Assembly: GCA_011170375.1 (NCBI GenBank) | Contig: DUEV01000006.1 | Location: 89,255-153,254, forward strand | Reading direction: 5' to 3' | Length of the DNA stretch: 64,000 bases | Source of the DNA: Dehalococcoidia bacterium | GTDB lineage: Bacteria; Chloroflexota; Dehalococcoidia; Dehalococcoidales; Fen-1064 | Shown: piece by piece, positions 55,509 to 64,000 of the stretch | Position numbering within the stretch: position 1 is the stretch's first letter | Layout of the letters: every line of letters begins with the position of its first letter | Notes under the pieces: generated by a model | The model's database searches: none | What the model was told of the DNA's origin: nothing | The model's input: only the letters and a program-made list of their open reading frames with translations | Translations under genes and position numbers: made by a program

Positions 55509-57812
55509 CTACTCCGACCGCCTTCTTAGACTTAGCAGGCGTTTTAACAAGAAGGGGCAGAGTTCCACCCAGGACTTCTGCATCCTCCCTTTTTGCAGCC
55601 CGGTCAGCTCCTTGCTGCGACCGAATTGAGTCTCGATGTAGGTCTGGGCAATCGTATTGACTGCCTGAGCTTGTGACGGTATCACCCGTGCCAGTCGGCC
55701 GGAGTATTCCAGCGGCGTTTCCTCAGGTCGCGGCCCGAATTTACTCAGTGATGCCAAGTAGCACATCCGATTGTAGACATCGGCCGGGTTGTCCACTCTC
55801 TTAAGACGCACCAGCCAGTAGGCATAGCCGAGTCTCACTGCCAGGTACAGCACCAGCGGAATCCCGAACACAGCAAAGTAAACATACAAGGCCGGGCCCG
55901 GTAAACCACTGCGACCCGCCGTACCGGACGATTTATAGTCTCCCTCTACGGGAGAGGATGTATCCTCAGGGAGGATCTCCGGAGGGTACAAAGGCTCGGA
56001 TGTCCCGTCGTCGCTGGTATCAATAACTGCACTCGTGTCATCATCGCCAGGCGTCGCTGAAAACTCCACCCAACCATATTCGGGAAAATAGACCTCGGTC
56101 CGGGCGTGATAGTCTTTGGCCCGAAGGGTATAGCTACCGGTATCCCTATCATACACGCCCTCAAGATACCCGGTATTAAGTCTGGACGGCACGCCTACGG
56201 AACGCAACATCACCGCCAGTGCCGAGGAGAAAGAAGTACAGACGCCCTCCTTTGATTCAAATAGAAAGTAAGCAACTCCATCAGCACCCTCAGGAGGCTT
56301 TTCGGCCTCACGATTATATTCAAAGTCCTGCAGGTACTCCTTAACTGCTATTACCTTGTCATAGGCCGTCTCTGCTTCTGCCGTTACCTCCTGGCTGAGT
56401 AGTCTGACCTCCAACGGCAGGGTATCCGGCAACTGCAGATAGTGATCAATGATTGCCTCCGGATAGTCCTCCCCGGCCTGTGATAGCTCCTCCGGCGTCA
56501 GCGCGGTGATACTAGTGCTAGCCGCGTAACGCTGATAGGGTCCCATTAACTTCGGTGACACCACGGCGACGATGTCAGTTTCCACTTCGGTCGAAACGCC
56601 ATCAGATGAGTCCAGAGGCACTTCCTCATTCTCCACAGTAACAAACACCTGCCCCAGTGCCGGGATATTGATGGAGACAACCTCACCCGACACGAGCAGG
56701 ACATCCGTTCTCAGCCTATTTTCCACCGTATAAGTCACCAACTCACTCTCAGTCGGGTCCGTATCCTCAATGGCCACGAGTTGACTAATGTCATACTCAA
56801 CAACCTCACTGCTGGTCCACCCCCAGGACTGATAGTCATCATACCGCCTGACACGCCAGTAGGACGGCTGGTCAGCGGTAACAATAAACAGTGTCCGTGT
56901 GCTGGTGCTCACCGAAGAACTGAAGGACAACTGCATCTGGTTATCACTGTCGATCTTTACCCATTTGGTGCGGGCCACAGCGAATATGTTATACCACTGG
57001 TTCTGAGCATTATCTCTAAGAAGAGCAACCAGGTCCAGCCCCATCTGTTCTACCGGGGGCTTCGGTACCACCCAGGCAGTAGTCACCGTGATGACACTGA
57101 TGACAACCACAGCCCCGACCACTTTGATGACACTTGGCCGAGAGAAGCGGATATTATGCTGTTGGAACCAGACACCCTGCTTTGCCAGGCTCGCCTGACC
57201 GAGCAACAACAGTGCTACAAATAAAAAGATGGGCAGAAAGTAATAGTCCTCCTGGCGAAGGTTGCTCAGGTTTATCAGAATAGTAACCGTGCCTGCGGTA
57301 ACGGCCACCCAGGCGTTCCGCCTCCGCACGAGAAACCATGTCGAAATAAAGCCCGCCACCCAGGTTACAAGGATAAGGAACATGGCGAGAAAGATGGGGT
57401 CCTCGTTGGGACGGTCACTGGTTAATGTCTGCCACCAGTTCCCCAGAGCCGACTCCGTCTCTGATGTAGGCACAAGACCGACGGATTGCCATACGGTAAC
57501 GCCTATCCCAAGAACAATTGCAAGAGGATAAACCACCTTGCCTGGCCAACGACCCCTGGCAAGCCATAGACCAGCGAGCACCGAGAGACCGAGTACCAGT
57601 ATCAGTGACGGTTCTCTCTTAACCCAGTTGGCATGCTCAATAGACCACACCGCGACAGCCAGGGTAAAAAAGAGGAGCACGATGCCAATCCACTCCTGCG
57701 GGCTACCGAGGACATTCCGGATGGTCGCGATGATTTGTGCAGGTATCCTGAGCCTGCCAGTCAAACGCGAGGCGTTGCTCTGTGCTCCACTACCACTACC
57801 TATACCATCCAT
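55509..57812 (-). CDS. Transglutaminase-like membrane protein (TgpA-like)
   Basis: 767 aa. N-terminal multi-TM region; core GVCTSFSSALAVMLRSVGVPSR..DYHARTEVY.. (Cys-His-Asp transglutaminase core); C-terminal TM plus DUF4129-like tail. Confidence 0.8.
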   Translation of the reverse strand: MDGIGSGSGAQSNASRLTGRLRIPAQIIATIRNVLGSPQEWIGIVLLFFTLAVAVWSIEHANWVKREPSLILVLGLSVLAGLWLARGRWPGKVVYPLAIVLGIGVTVWQSVGLVPTSETESALGNWWQTLTSDRPNEDPIFLAMFLILVTWVAGFISTWFLVRRRNAWVAVTAGTVTILINLSNLRQEDYYFLPIFLFVALLLLGQASLAKQGVWFQQHNIRFSRPSVIKVVGAVVVISVITVTTAWVVPKPPVEQMGLDLVALLRDNAQNQWYNIFAVARTKWVKIDSDNQMQLSFSSSVSTSTRTLFIVTADQPSYWRVRRYDDYQSWGWTSSEVVEYDISQLVAIEDTDPTESELVTYTVENRLRTDVLLVSGEVVSINIPALGQVFVTVENEEVPLDSSDGVSTEVETDIVAVVSPKLMGPYQRYAASTSITALTPEELSQAGEDYPEAIIDHYLQLPDTLPLEVRLLSQEVTAEAETAYDKVIAVKEYLQDFEYNREAEKPPEGADGVAYFLFESKEGVCTSFSSALAVMLRSVGVPSRLNTGYLEGVYDRDTGSYTLRAKDYHARTEVYFPEYGWVEFSATPGDDDTSAVIDTSDDGTSEPLYPPEILPEDTSSPVEGDYKSSGTAGRSGLPGPALYVYFAVFGIPLVLYLAVRLGYAYWLVRLKRVDNPADVYNRMCYLASLSKFGPRPEETPLEYSGRLARVIPSQAQAVNTIAQTYIETQFGRSKELTGLQKGRMQKSWVELCPFLLKRLLSLRRRSE

Positions 57813-57824
57813 TTCCCAACACCC

Positions 57825-59090
57825 TCAAATATGTCTTGCATGCAACAGCGAGACGCGGTGGTCGAGCGCTGTCGCCAGCTCATCTCCTTGCCCAACAACA
57901 TAGACCTGCACACCGGTGGCACTCAGGTTGCGTGCGATGTTAAGTGCACCGGGTTGTCCCCCGAAGCTGGAGGTATCAATCTGGACGACGACAACAGCGT
58001 CAACACGATTCCTCAATTGCCGGATGGCGTCAAATAATTCCCCGCTGACCGACGGCGTGATAACGATAACGATTGAATTACCCCTGAGATGCTCCATCTG
58101 GTCAGAGAGAAGCCGCCCCACCGGTTCTTCCCCGGTTGCCCTCGCCACGGCAAGAGTCCCCAGGACACGCCACAGGTGCTCCTCGCCCCTCTCAGGCGGA
58201 ATGTAGTAAAACCGGTCAGCGTAGGCCATCAGCCCGACACGCATCCCCGTATCCAGATGTTTTTTCGCCATCGAAGACGCAATGGCCACCGCATACTCCT
58301 CCGTGGACTCATCACCCTCGCCGACGTGAGACGCTGCCTGCATATCGAGGACAACCCAGACCGTTTTGGCCACATTCGAAGAACGGTCAGCATCAAATAA
58401 CTTGACCATCAGTCTGCCGGTATGGGCCGTACTCCGCCAGTGGATGTGGTTGAGACTATCACCAGAATAGAACTCACGCACGCTGGAGGCATTAGGACTT
58501 ATCTGACTGATGGACTGGTAGCCGGCGCTCCGGCCGAACTCATTAAAAGAAACAGCCCTGAACAGGGGTAGGTCAAAAGTCGCCGGGTAGACGAGGACGC
58601 TCTGTGGCTCCCCAAGAGTGCGCTTCCGCGAAAACAGACCAAAGGGGTCGACTGAGGTGACAACGACCGTGCCAAGGTCGTATTGGCCCCGGCGCCGGCA
58701 GTAGACGCCGGACTCCCAGCTATGGGAACTTCGCGCCGACAGGTTTAGCACCTCGACATCACGGTAACCCGGCATATTGGCACCTTCTTCTATCCTGAGC
58801 CAGAGCTTGGGGATACGGCTGCTATTGGTAACCGTAATCCCCTGCTGGAACTTTTTACCCACCTGGCAGTGCTCCGGTGGCGGCTCAGCCCGAACACGAA
58901 TGCCACGAACACCAAACACCGTCCACAGAAAGCTTACCAGCAGTAACAGCACCGATAGGAAGAAGAGGCGCAGCACTAGACCGGAACCTCCTAGCAGTGA
59001 TACAGCAAGAAGTGCCGTTGGAATTGCGGTAATTAATACAACCTTTCGGACTTTCATCGCCTTCGTACCGGACGTTGTCCACCCTGACAC
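57825..59090 (-). CDS. DUF58 (vWA-like) protein
   Basis: 421 aa, two N-terminal TM helices, DUF58-like core (EFYSGDSLNHIHWRSTA). Sits between MoxR and the transglutaminase protein as in the common triad. Confidence 0.75.
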   Translation of the reverse strand: MSGWTTSGTKAMKVRKVVLITAIPTALLAVSLLGGSGLVLRLFFLSVLLLLVSFLWTVFGVRGIRVRAEPPPEHCQVGKKFQQGITVTNSSRIPKLWLRIEEGANMPGYRDVEVLNLSARSSHSWESGVYCRRRGQYDLGTVVVTSVDPFGLFSRKRTLGEPQSVLVYPATFDLPLFRAVSFNEFGRSAGYQSISQISPNASSVREFYSGDSLNHIHWRSTAHTGRLMVKLFDADRSSNVAKTVWVVLDMQAASHVGEGDESTEEYAVAIASSMAKKHLDTGMRVGLMAYADRFYYIPPERGEEHLWRVLGTLAVARATGEEPVGRLLSDQMEHLRGNSIVIVITPSVSGELFDAIRQLRNRVDAVVVVQIDTSSFGGQPGALNIARNLSATGVQVYVVGQGDELATALDHRVSLLHARHI

Positions 59091-59113
59091 AGATTGTTGA
59101 GGTTGGTCGGGAC

Positions 59114-60103
59114 TTACTCCTTCAGCACGGTTCCGGGCACGGGAATGGTCTCCAGTAACTCAGCGATACCAGCCCTCCCCGTCCTGTCCTGAGACACATC
59201 GGTCAGCCGTATTATCAGCCGGTGTGCCAGAACAGGACCCGCCAGAACCTTAACATCATCAGGTAACACGTAATCCCGCCCATGTATAAGGGCACGAGCC
59301 TGAGCCGTTCGAAAAAGAGCCAAAGAACCACGTGGCGAGGCACCTAGATATATCGTGGGGTGGTCACGGGTGGCAGCCACCAGAGACACGATGTACTGCT
59401 TAACCAAATCGTCCACGTACACGTCTTTCACTACCGTCTGTAACACCAGGAGGTCATCACCGGTGGCTACCGGAGAAATATTTTCAATCGGGTGGGTGTA
59501 TTGTTGCTTTTCCACAACAGCAATTTCATCAGACTGGGAAAGATAGCCGAGGTGTATGCGCATGAGAAACCTGTCCAGTTGTGTCTCCGGGAGGGGAAAG
59601 GTGCCCTCATACTCGATAGGGTTCTGAGTAGCCAATACATGGAAGGGAGACGGTATCTGATGGGTAACACCATCAACCGTTATCTGCCCCTCTTCCATAC
59701 ACTCCAGCAAAGCCGATTGCACCTTAGGGGTAGCCCGGTTTATCTCATCGGCAAGAACCATCTGTGCCATGATTGGTCCAGGACGGAACTCAAAGTCCTG
59801 TATCTTCTGGTTATACACCGAGACTCCGGTAATGTCGCCGGGAAGCATATCAGGCGTAAACTGGATTCTCCGAAAGGTACAGTCCAGTGATCTGGCCAGA
59901 CTGCGAGCCAGCATTGTCTTGCCAACGCCCGGAGCATCTTCAATCAGCAGGTGCCCCTTGCTAATCAGGGCTATTACCGCCAGTTCAACCACTTCCTTCT
60001 TGCCGAGAATAACCTGCTGCACATTGTCCAATAGTGTGGTAGCAGTCTTCTGGGCTTGAACCATCGCGTCGTCCATCTCTACCCCCGTCCTCATCTCACT
60101 CAC
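59114..60103 (-). CDS. MoxR-family AAA+ ATPase
   Basis: [11 protein letters not shown] Walker A, VLADEINR Walker B, ATQNP sensor. Confidence 0.9.
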   Translation of the reverse strand: MSEMRTGVEMDDAMVQAQKTATTLLDNVQQVILGKKEVVELAVIALISKGHLLIEDAPGVGKTMLARSLARSLDCTFRRIQFTPDMLPGDITGVSVYNQKIQDFEFRPGPIMAQMVLADEINRATPKVQSALLECMEEGQITVDGVTHQIPSPFHVLATQNPIEYEGTFPLPETQLDRFLMRIHLGYLSQSDEIAVVEKQQYTHPIENISPVATGDDLLVLQTVVKDVYVDDLVKQYIVSLVAATRDHPTIYLGASPRGSLALFRTAQARALIHGRDYVLPDDVKVLAGPVLAHRLIIRLTDVSQDRTGRAGIAELLETIPVPGTVLKE

Positions 60104-60138
60104 AGCAATAAACCAGGTTGCATCCGGTGTTCACTGCT

Positions 60139-60147
60139 ATTTTAGCA
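60139..60147 (-). promoter_or_regulatory. Minus-strand extended -10 box TGCTAAAAT upstream of the MoxR operon
   Basis: Plus strand ATTTTAGCA. The flanking GTTCACTGCTATTTTAGCATAA resembles the conserved tail of the tRNA-derived repeat. Confidence 0.4.
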
Positions 60148-60220
60148 TAAAGTACAGAACAAGGATAAGAAAACAGCAGGCCTAACGGCGGATAGTATGA
60201 GGAAAGGTATAGCAGGCAAT

Positions 60221-60269
60221 AAACAAAAAGAAAACGCCCGCACTCTAGGACAGAGTATCGCGGGCGTTT
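60221..60269 (-). terminator. Rho-independent terminator after the zinc-ribbon gene
   Basis: Long hairpin AAACGCCCGC-ACTCT..AGAGT-..GCGGGCGTTT, with a T-run on the minus strand. Confidence 0.75.
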
Positions 60270-60328
60270 CACCTACTCTTTTGTAAAATATGATGCCGAT
60301 GTGTTATCTATACGACAGTGGAGTACAG

Positions 60329-60517
60329 CTAGGTTGCCGGTGAAGTCTCGGAACGCTCGGTCCCGACCGTCACTGGCTGCCGCTCCAGTTCATCCAGATT
60401 TTCCATCTCACGCCGATGGGAGCACTGAAGGCACTGGACATACCACGTGTCTATGTCTCTATCAATAAAGAGGTCGCCACCACATCGGGGGCAATTCTTC
60501 AGCTTCCACATCACCAT
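60329..60517 (-). CDS. Small zinc-ribbon protein
   Basis: 62 aa from MVMWKLKNCPRCGG...CLQCSH. AGGAG lies 8 nt upstream of the ATG at 60517. Confidence 0.45.
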   Translation of the reverse strand: MVMWKLKNCPRCGGDLFIDRDIDTWYVQCLQCSHRREMENLDELERQPVTVGTERSETSPAT

Positions 60518-60836
60518 AGCCGTTACTCCTTTCTGAACCACAGTGCAATTAAGGGGTAAATTGAATGCACTCACTATCTCACCCAAGCCGCCCGTTTGTA
60601 AGACCCAAAGAGATGATATACCTGAGCCAAATGGACTATCTTTTTAACCGTGTCGGACAGTCCGGTGATACTATTGCAGACTATTGCTCCGGTACTACCC
60701 GCCATAGCCTAAGAGCGGAGTTGCCTGCACCAAGGCTGAGGAGACTGCCTGCCCATGGAAAAGTAACCCTTTAGGGTCACCCGAATGAGCCAAACGTATC
60801 TTACAAAGGTATCCTTCCGGTACCAGAATAGACTAA

Positions 60837-61634
60837 ATGGAACCAATCCCGGGAAAAAAGATGGAGATTACAGACCTGAGAAAGCTCCGGGAGCAGTCGC
60901 GTCAATCCCAGCTTCTGGCGACTCTAAGGGAGATGATGGCCGGTATTGCCAACGAAGTGAACAACCCCTTGGGCAGCATCCTCCTCTATTCAGAACTACT
61001 GATGGCGGGGGACGTCTCACCACAGACCCAAAAGGACCTGAAGGTCATACATGACGAGGCCAAGCGTGCTGCCAAGGCAATGACCTACCTTCTGACCTAC
61101 TGCCAGCAGGAAAGGCCAGAACTACGCTACCTTGATATAAACAGGATTCTTGAGAAACTCCTCCGCATGCGCCATCATTCAGAGACGGCGCATAACATCA
61201 CCATAACCACCGATTTTCAGTATGGCCTGCTCCCGGTGAAGGGTGAGCCATCTCAACTCAATCAGCTTTTCATGAACCTGATAGTCAACGCCGAGGAATC
61301 CCTGAAACAAGTCGATGGAGGCCATATCACGGTCACTACACGGAGGGAGGGGAAGTGGGTGAAGATATCAATCACTGATGATGGCCCGGGAATACCCCCG
61401 GAAAACCTGCGGCAGATTTTCTATCCCTTCTTCACAACCAAACAAAATGGAGAGGGTTCCGGGCTCGGCCTGAGCACCTGCCATGGTATCGCCACCAGCC
61501 ACAAGGGGCTGATACACGCCGAAAATAACAGAACCGGGGGCGCCACTTTTATCGTGGAGCTACCGCTGGCCGAGGCACCGGAGAAAACACGGACAAGCGA
61601 AGATGCCAGGATGGCAGGTTCGTTAGTAATTTGA
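60837..61634 (+). CDS. Cytoplasmic histidine-kinase-like protein lacking the phospho-acceptor His
   Basis: H-box reads AGIANEVNNPL (Asn codon AAC 60951-60953 where AGIAHEINNPL is expected). N, G1 (DDGPGI), F and G2 (GSGLGLS) boxes are intact. Confidence 0.8.
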   Translation: MEPIPGKKMEITDLRKLREQSRQSQLLATLREMMAGIANEVNNPLGSILLYSELLMAGDVSPQTQKDLKVIHDEAKRAAKAMTYLLTYCQQERPELRYLDINRILEKLLRMRHHSETAHNITITTDFQYGLLPVKGEPSQLNQLFMNLIVNAEESLKQVDGGHITVTTRREGKWVKISITDDGPGIPPENLRQIFYPFFTTKQNGEGSGLGLSTCHGIATSHKGLIHAENNRTGGATFIVELPLAEAPEKTRTSEDARMAGSLVI

Positions 61635-61662
61635 TGGGATCGAGTGGAGCGGAGAGATAGCG

Positions 61663-62151
61663 ATGACAACAAGAAGTCCGCTAGTCCTGATAGTAGATGA
61701 TGAGCCTCACCTGCTGAGTGGCTTACGTCGTGTCCTGGAGAAAGAAGGGTACGAGGTAACGACCGCATTGGACGGCGAGACAGCACTCCAGCTTGCCAGA
61801 GAGAAGAAGCCTGACGTAGTCCTGCTGGACATCATGATGCCCGGGATGGACGGCAGGGAGGCATGCCGGAGAATTCGTGAGGTCGCTGAAGGAGTCCAGG
61901 TAATTTACATCACCGCCAGAGCAGAGCTGAATGACCCACTACAATTAAAACGGCTCCGAAGTGAGGCTAACGCCTTCATTACCAAGCCGACCACCAGCAA
62001 AAGGATAATATCAGCCGTAAATGGCCTTTCACGAAGTACCCGCCAACAGCCTGAAGAGTCACAGCTATGCCGGACAGGACAGTTGACCAAAGCAGAAGAC
62101 TACTCACAAAGCACTGAGGCCAGCGAGGACGACAGAAGGCCAATTCGTTGA
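61663..62151 (+). CDS. Single-domain response regulator (receiver plus short low-complexity tail)
   Basis: VLIVDDE, VLLDIMMPGMDG, IYITA, ITKP: all receiver residues are canonical. Confidence 0.85.
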   Translation: MTTRSPLVLIVDDEPHLLSGLRRVLEKEGYEVTTALDGETALQLAREKKPDVVLLDIMMPGMDGREACRRIREVAEGVQVIYITARAELNDPLQLKRLRSEANAFITKPTTSKRIISAVNGLSRSTRQQPEESQLCRTGQLTKAEDYSQSTEASEDDRRPIR

Positions 62152-62188
62152 CAATAAATGTCAGCAGGGGTATATTTTTAGCAAATTC

Positions 62189-63817
62189 GTGACCGCATTC
62201 TCGGCAGAGGAGATAGATAGAAGAACAGGCGGGACTGTCACAACTACCGCCTGGGGTCGGGGTAAAATGAGAAGTGGCAACATCTTAATGCTGGAGGCTA
62301 ACGAAGGCCTCCGCCTCAACAGGAGCCGTGCTCTATCACGGGAGGGCTACAGTGTTACCAGCGTTGCCAGTATTGGAGAGACCATCGAGGCAACCCGGCA
62401 GCAGTCCTATGACCTGCTGGTCATCAGTATCGGAGAGCCGGAACAGCTCCGTACGCTTCTGACCCCACTCCCCCCAGAAATGAATGTGTTGATAGTGACC
62501 TCTATTGACACCATCGGCCAGGTCACCGAGTATGCTGGCACAGGGATACACTCTTTCCTGCTTGAGCCGTTTACCTTGAGCAGGTTCAAGGCTGCAGTCG
62601 CCCAGGCGATTGATGGTGCCCGGCTGATAAAAGGAGGTATCCGCAGTGAGGTCCTGACCTCCCTGGCACGTGCTAACTGGCCGCCCTCTCCCGGAACCGG
62701 GGCAGACCAGTTCTTCAAACGCATCGTAGAAATCAGCGCCGCCGATATCGAGGCGGAACATATCTTCCTGATGGTTAAAGATGAAGCGACCGGTGCGCTC
62801 GTTACCAAGGCCCGGATGGGTGACCACCAACCAGACCTGCACACCGTATGCAACCGGGTGGTAGATACAGGAGAGCCGGTCGTTATTGACAAAACAACCC
62901 GAGACGCCGAACTGCGTGGGCTGGTGGCTGAAACAGACGCCACGGCCGTCATGTGCGTACCCCTGTTAATCAAGGGCAGCGTCGTTGGGGTGATAGGTCA
63001 CGTCAAGCTGACCGAGAGGGCACAGTTCACCTCCAACGACCTGAGCTTTGCTTCGCTTATCGCCTGGTGGAGTAGCATGGTGCTAGAAAATGCCCGACTA
63101 TTTGGCCGGGTCCAAAAGCAGTATCTCCACATGGAGAGACTGCTGGAGGAGATAAGGGTCGCCCAAGAGAATGAACGCCGACGGGTAGCTGTCGAGATAC
63201 ACGATGGTGTTGCCCAGTGGATGGTCGGGGCTTCCTATGGTATCAAAGCAATCGGTCACCTCATCTCAGAACAAAGGCTGGCCGACCTTGAGCTTGAGTT
63301 GACCAAGATAAGAGATACGGTGCAGACAAGCATCAAAGAGCTTCGCCGCACCATCGCCAACCTGCGCCCGTTGCCGCTTGAAGAATTGGGTCTTGTGGCG
63401 GCTGTCCGCCAGGCGACGGAGTCTCTGCAGGAAGACGGTATCAGGTACCACAGCGTAATCGACAGAGACCTGCCCGAGCTTACACTCGCCCAAGAAAGCA
63501 CAACCTACTGGATAGTCCAAGAGATGCTATCTAACATCAGGAAGCATTCCGGAGCCAGCGAAGTTACCGTCCATATCCGGTATTATGATAGCATGTTCTC
63601 AGTCGAGGTCAGTGACAACGGGCAGGGCTTTAACCCGGAACAGGTGATGCACAGCGAATCGCCACTGGTACACCTGGGTCTTCTCGGCATGAGGGAAAGG
63701 GCAGAACTGCTAGGCGGCAGTTTGGCAATAAAAAGCGAACAAGGAAAGGGAACCTCGGTAAGCTTCACCTTCCCGGTTTCCGACTCGGAAACCGCAGAAG
63801 CAATGATATCAGGTTGA
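62189..63817 (+). CDS. Pseudo-receiver / GAF / HisKA_3 / HATPase sensor kinase
   Basis: The N-terminal receiver-like fold lacks DD, phospho-Asp and Lys (LMLEANEG, DLLVISIG, FLLEPF). GAF-like middle, VEIHDGVAQ H-box, C-terminal GGSLAIKSEQGKGTS. Start uncertain (GTG 62189 or ATG 62267). Confidence 0.8.
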   Translation: MTAFSAEEIDRRTGGTVTTTAWGRGKMRSGNILMLEANEGLRLNRSRALSREGYSVTSVASIGETIEATRQQSYDLLVISIGEPEQLRTLLTPLPPEMNVLIVTSIDTIGQVTEYAGTGIHSFLLEPFTLSRFKAAVAQAIDGARLIKGGIRSEVLTSLARANWPPSPGTGADQFFKRIVEISAADIEAEHIFLMVKDEATGALVTKARMGDHQPDLHTVCNRVVDTGEPVVIDKTTRDAELRGLVAETDATAVMCVPLLIKGSVVGVIGHVKLTERAQFTSNDLSFASLIAWWSSMVLENARLFGRVQKQYLHMERLLEEIRVAQENERRRVAVEIHDGVAQWMVGASYGIKAIGHLISEQRLADLELELTKIRDTVQTSIKELRRTIANLRPLPLEELGLVAAVRQATESLQEDGIRYHSVIDRDLPELTLAQESTTYWIVQEMLSNIRKHSGASEVTVHIRYYDSMFSVEVSDNGQGFNPEQVMHSESPLVHLGLLGMRERAELLGGSLAIKSEQGKGTSVSFTFPVSDSETAEAMISG

Positions 63818-63828
63818 AAGGTGCAGAC

Positions 63829-64000
63829 ATGGGAGAATCACCAGCTATCAAGGTACTCATTGTTGATGACCACAATGTCGTGAGAGAAGGGCTACGACGA
63901 ATACTGGCAACAGACGAGAGCATAGACGTGGTTGGCGAGGCCCGGAATGGAGAGGAGGCAATCGCTAAGGCCATAACACTCAGACCAGATGTCGTTATCA
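63829..64000 (+). CDS. NarL/LuxR-family response regulator, N-terminal part (continues beyond window)
   Basis: IKVLIVDDHNVVREGLRRIL...PDVVI receiver start. Follows a HisKA_3 kinase. Confidence 0.8.
   Translation, partial: MGESPAIKVLIVDDHNVVREGLRRILATDESIDVVGEARNGEEAIAKAITLRPDVVI

Noticed and set aside
55509-60103. MoxR AAA+ / DUF58 / transglutaminase-like membrane protein triad as a novel system.
   Set aside because: This three-gene arrangement is a widespread, already recognised conserved neighbourhood. Nothing in the sequences here departs from it, apart from the repeat-like promoter noted separately.

Overview
Bacterial chromosomal window with dense coding on both strands. I found no rRNA, no CRISPR array and no integrase or transposase ORF. 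All protein calls come from reading motifs in the supplied translations; no database search or software was run.

Layout:
(1) 1-9.7 kb is a housekeeping block: rho 3' end, uvrC, a low-GC APH(3')-type kinase gene, a DRG-type GTPase, surE, an MBL hydrolase, a TrmH-family methylase, a rubrerythrin::thioesterase fusion and a Cof-type HAD. It ends at a tRNA-Met(CAT) gene (9785-9857).
(2) 9.9-21.7 kb is a visibly AT-richer accessory module. It starts with about 0.8 kb free of ORFs. Then come a tungsten-type aldehyde:ferredoxin oxidoreductase, an SDR, a C_GCAxxG_C_C protein, a LivKHMGF-type ABC importer, a corrinoid protein and a URO-D-like methyltransferase. It ends in a broken molybdopterin-oxidoreductase pseudogene and an orphan tRNA 3' fragment.
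(3) 21.8-42.0 kb is a glutamine/nitrogen supercluster: purF, an archaeal-type split glutamate synthase with its own ferredoxin and flavoprotein, a pseudo-receiver OmpR-family regulator, asnB, amt, glnB, glnA, nadE, carAB and an NrpR-like repressor.
(4) 42.3-51.1 kb holds one- to five-gene cassettes. Every intergenic gap carries a degenerate copy of the 3' end of the tRNA-Met gene plus a conserved tail.
(5) 51.2-64 kb holds a secreted carboxylesterase, an anSME-like radical SAM enzyme, an amidohydrolase, a MoxR-DUF58-transglutaminase triad and a two-component cluster with degenerate parts.

The signal I rate highest is the tRNA-Met-derived repeat family. It brackets 32.5 kb (tRNA to first copy) and then divides about 9 kb into integron-like cassettes, with no recombinase visible in the window. 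The gene content is reminiscent of anaerobic Chloroflexota/Dehalococcoidia, but that is only a guess.
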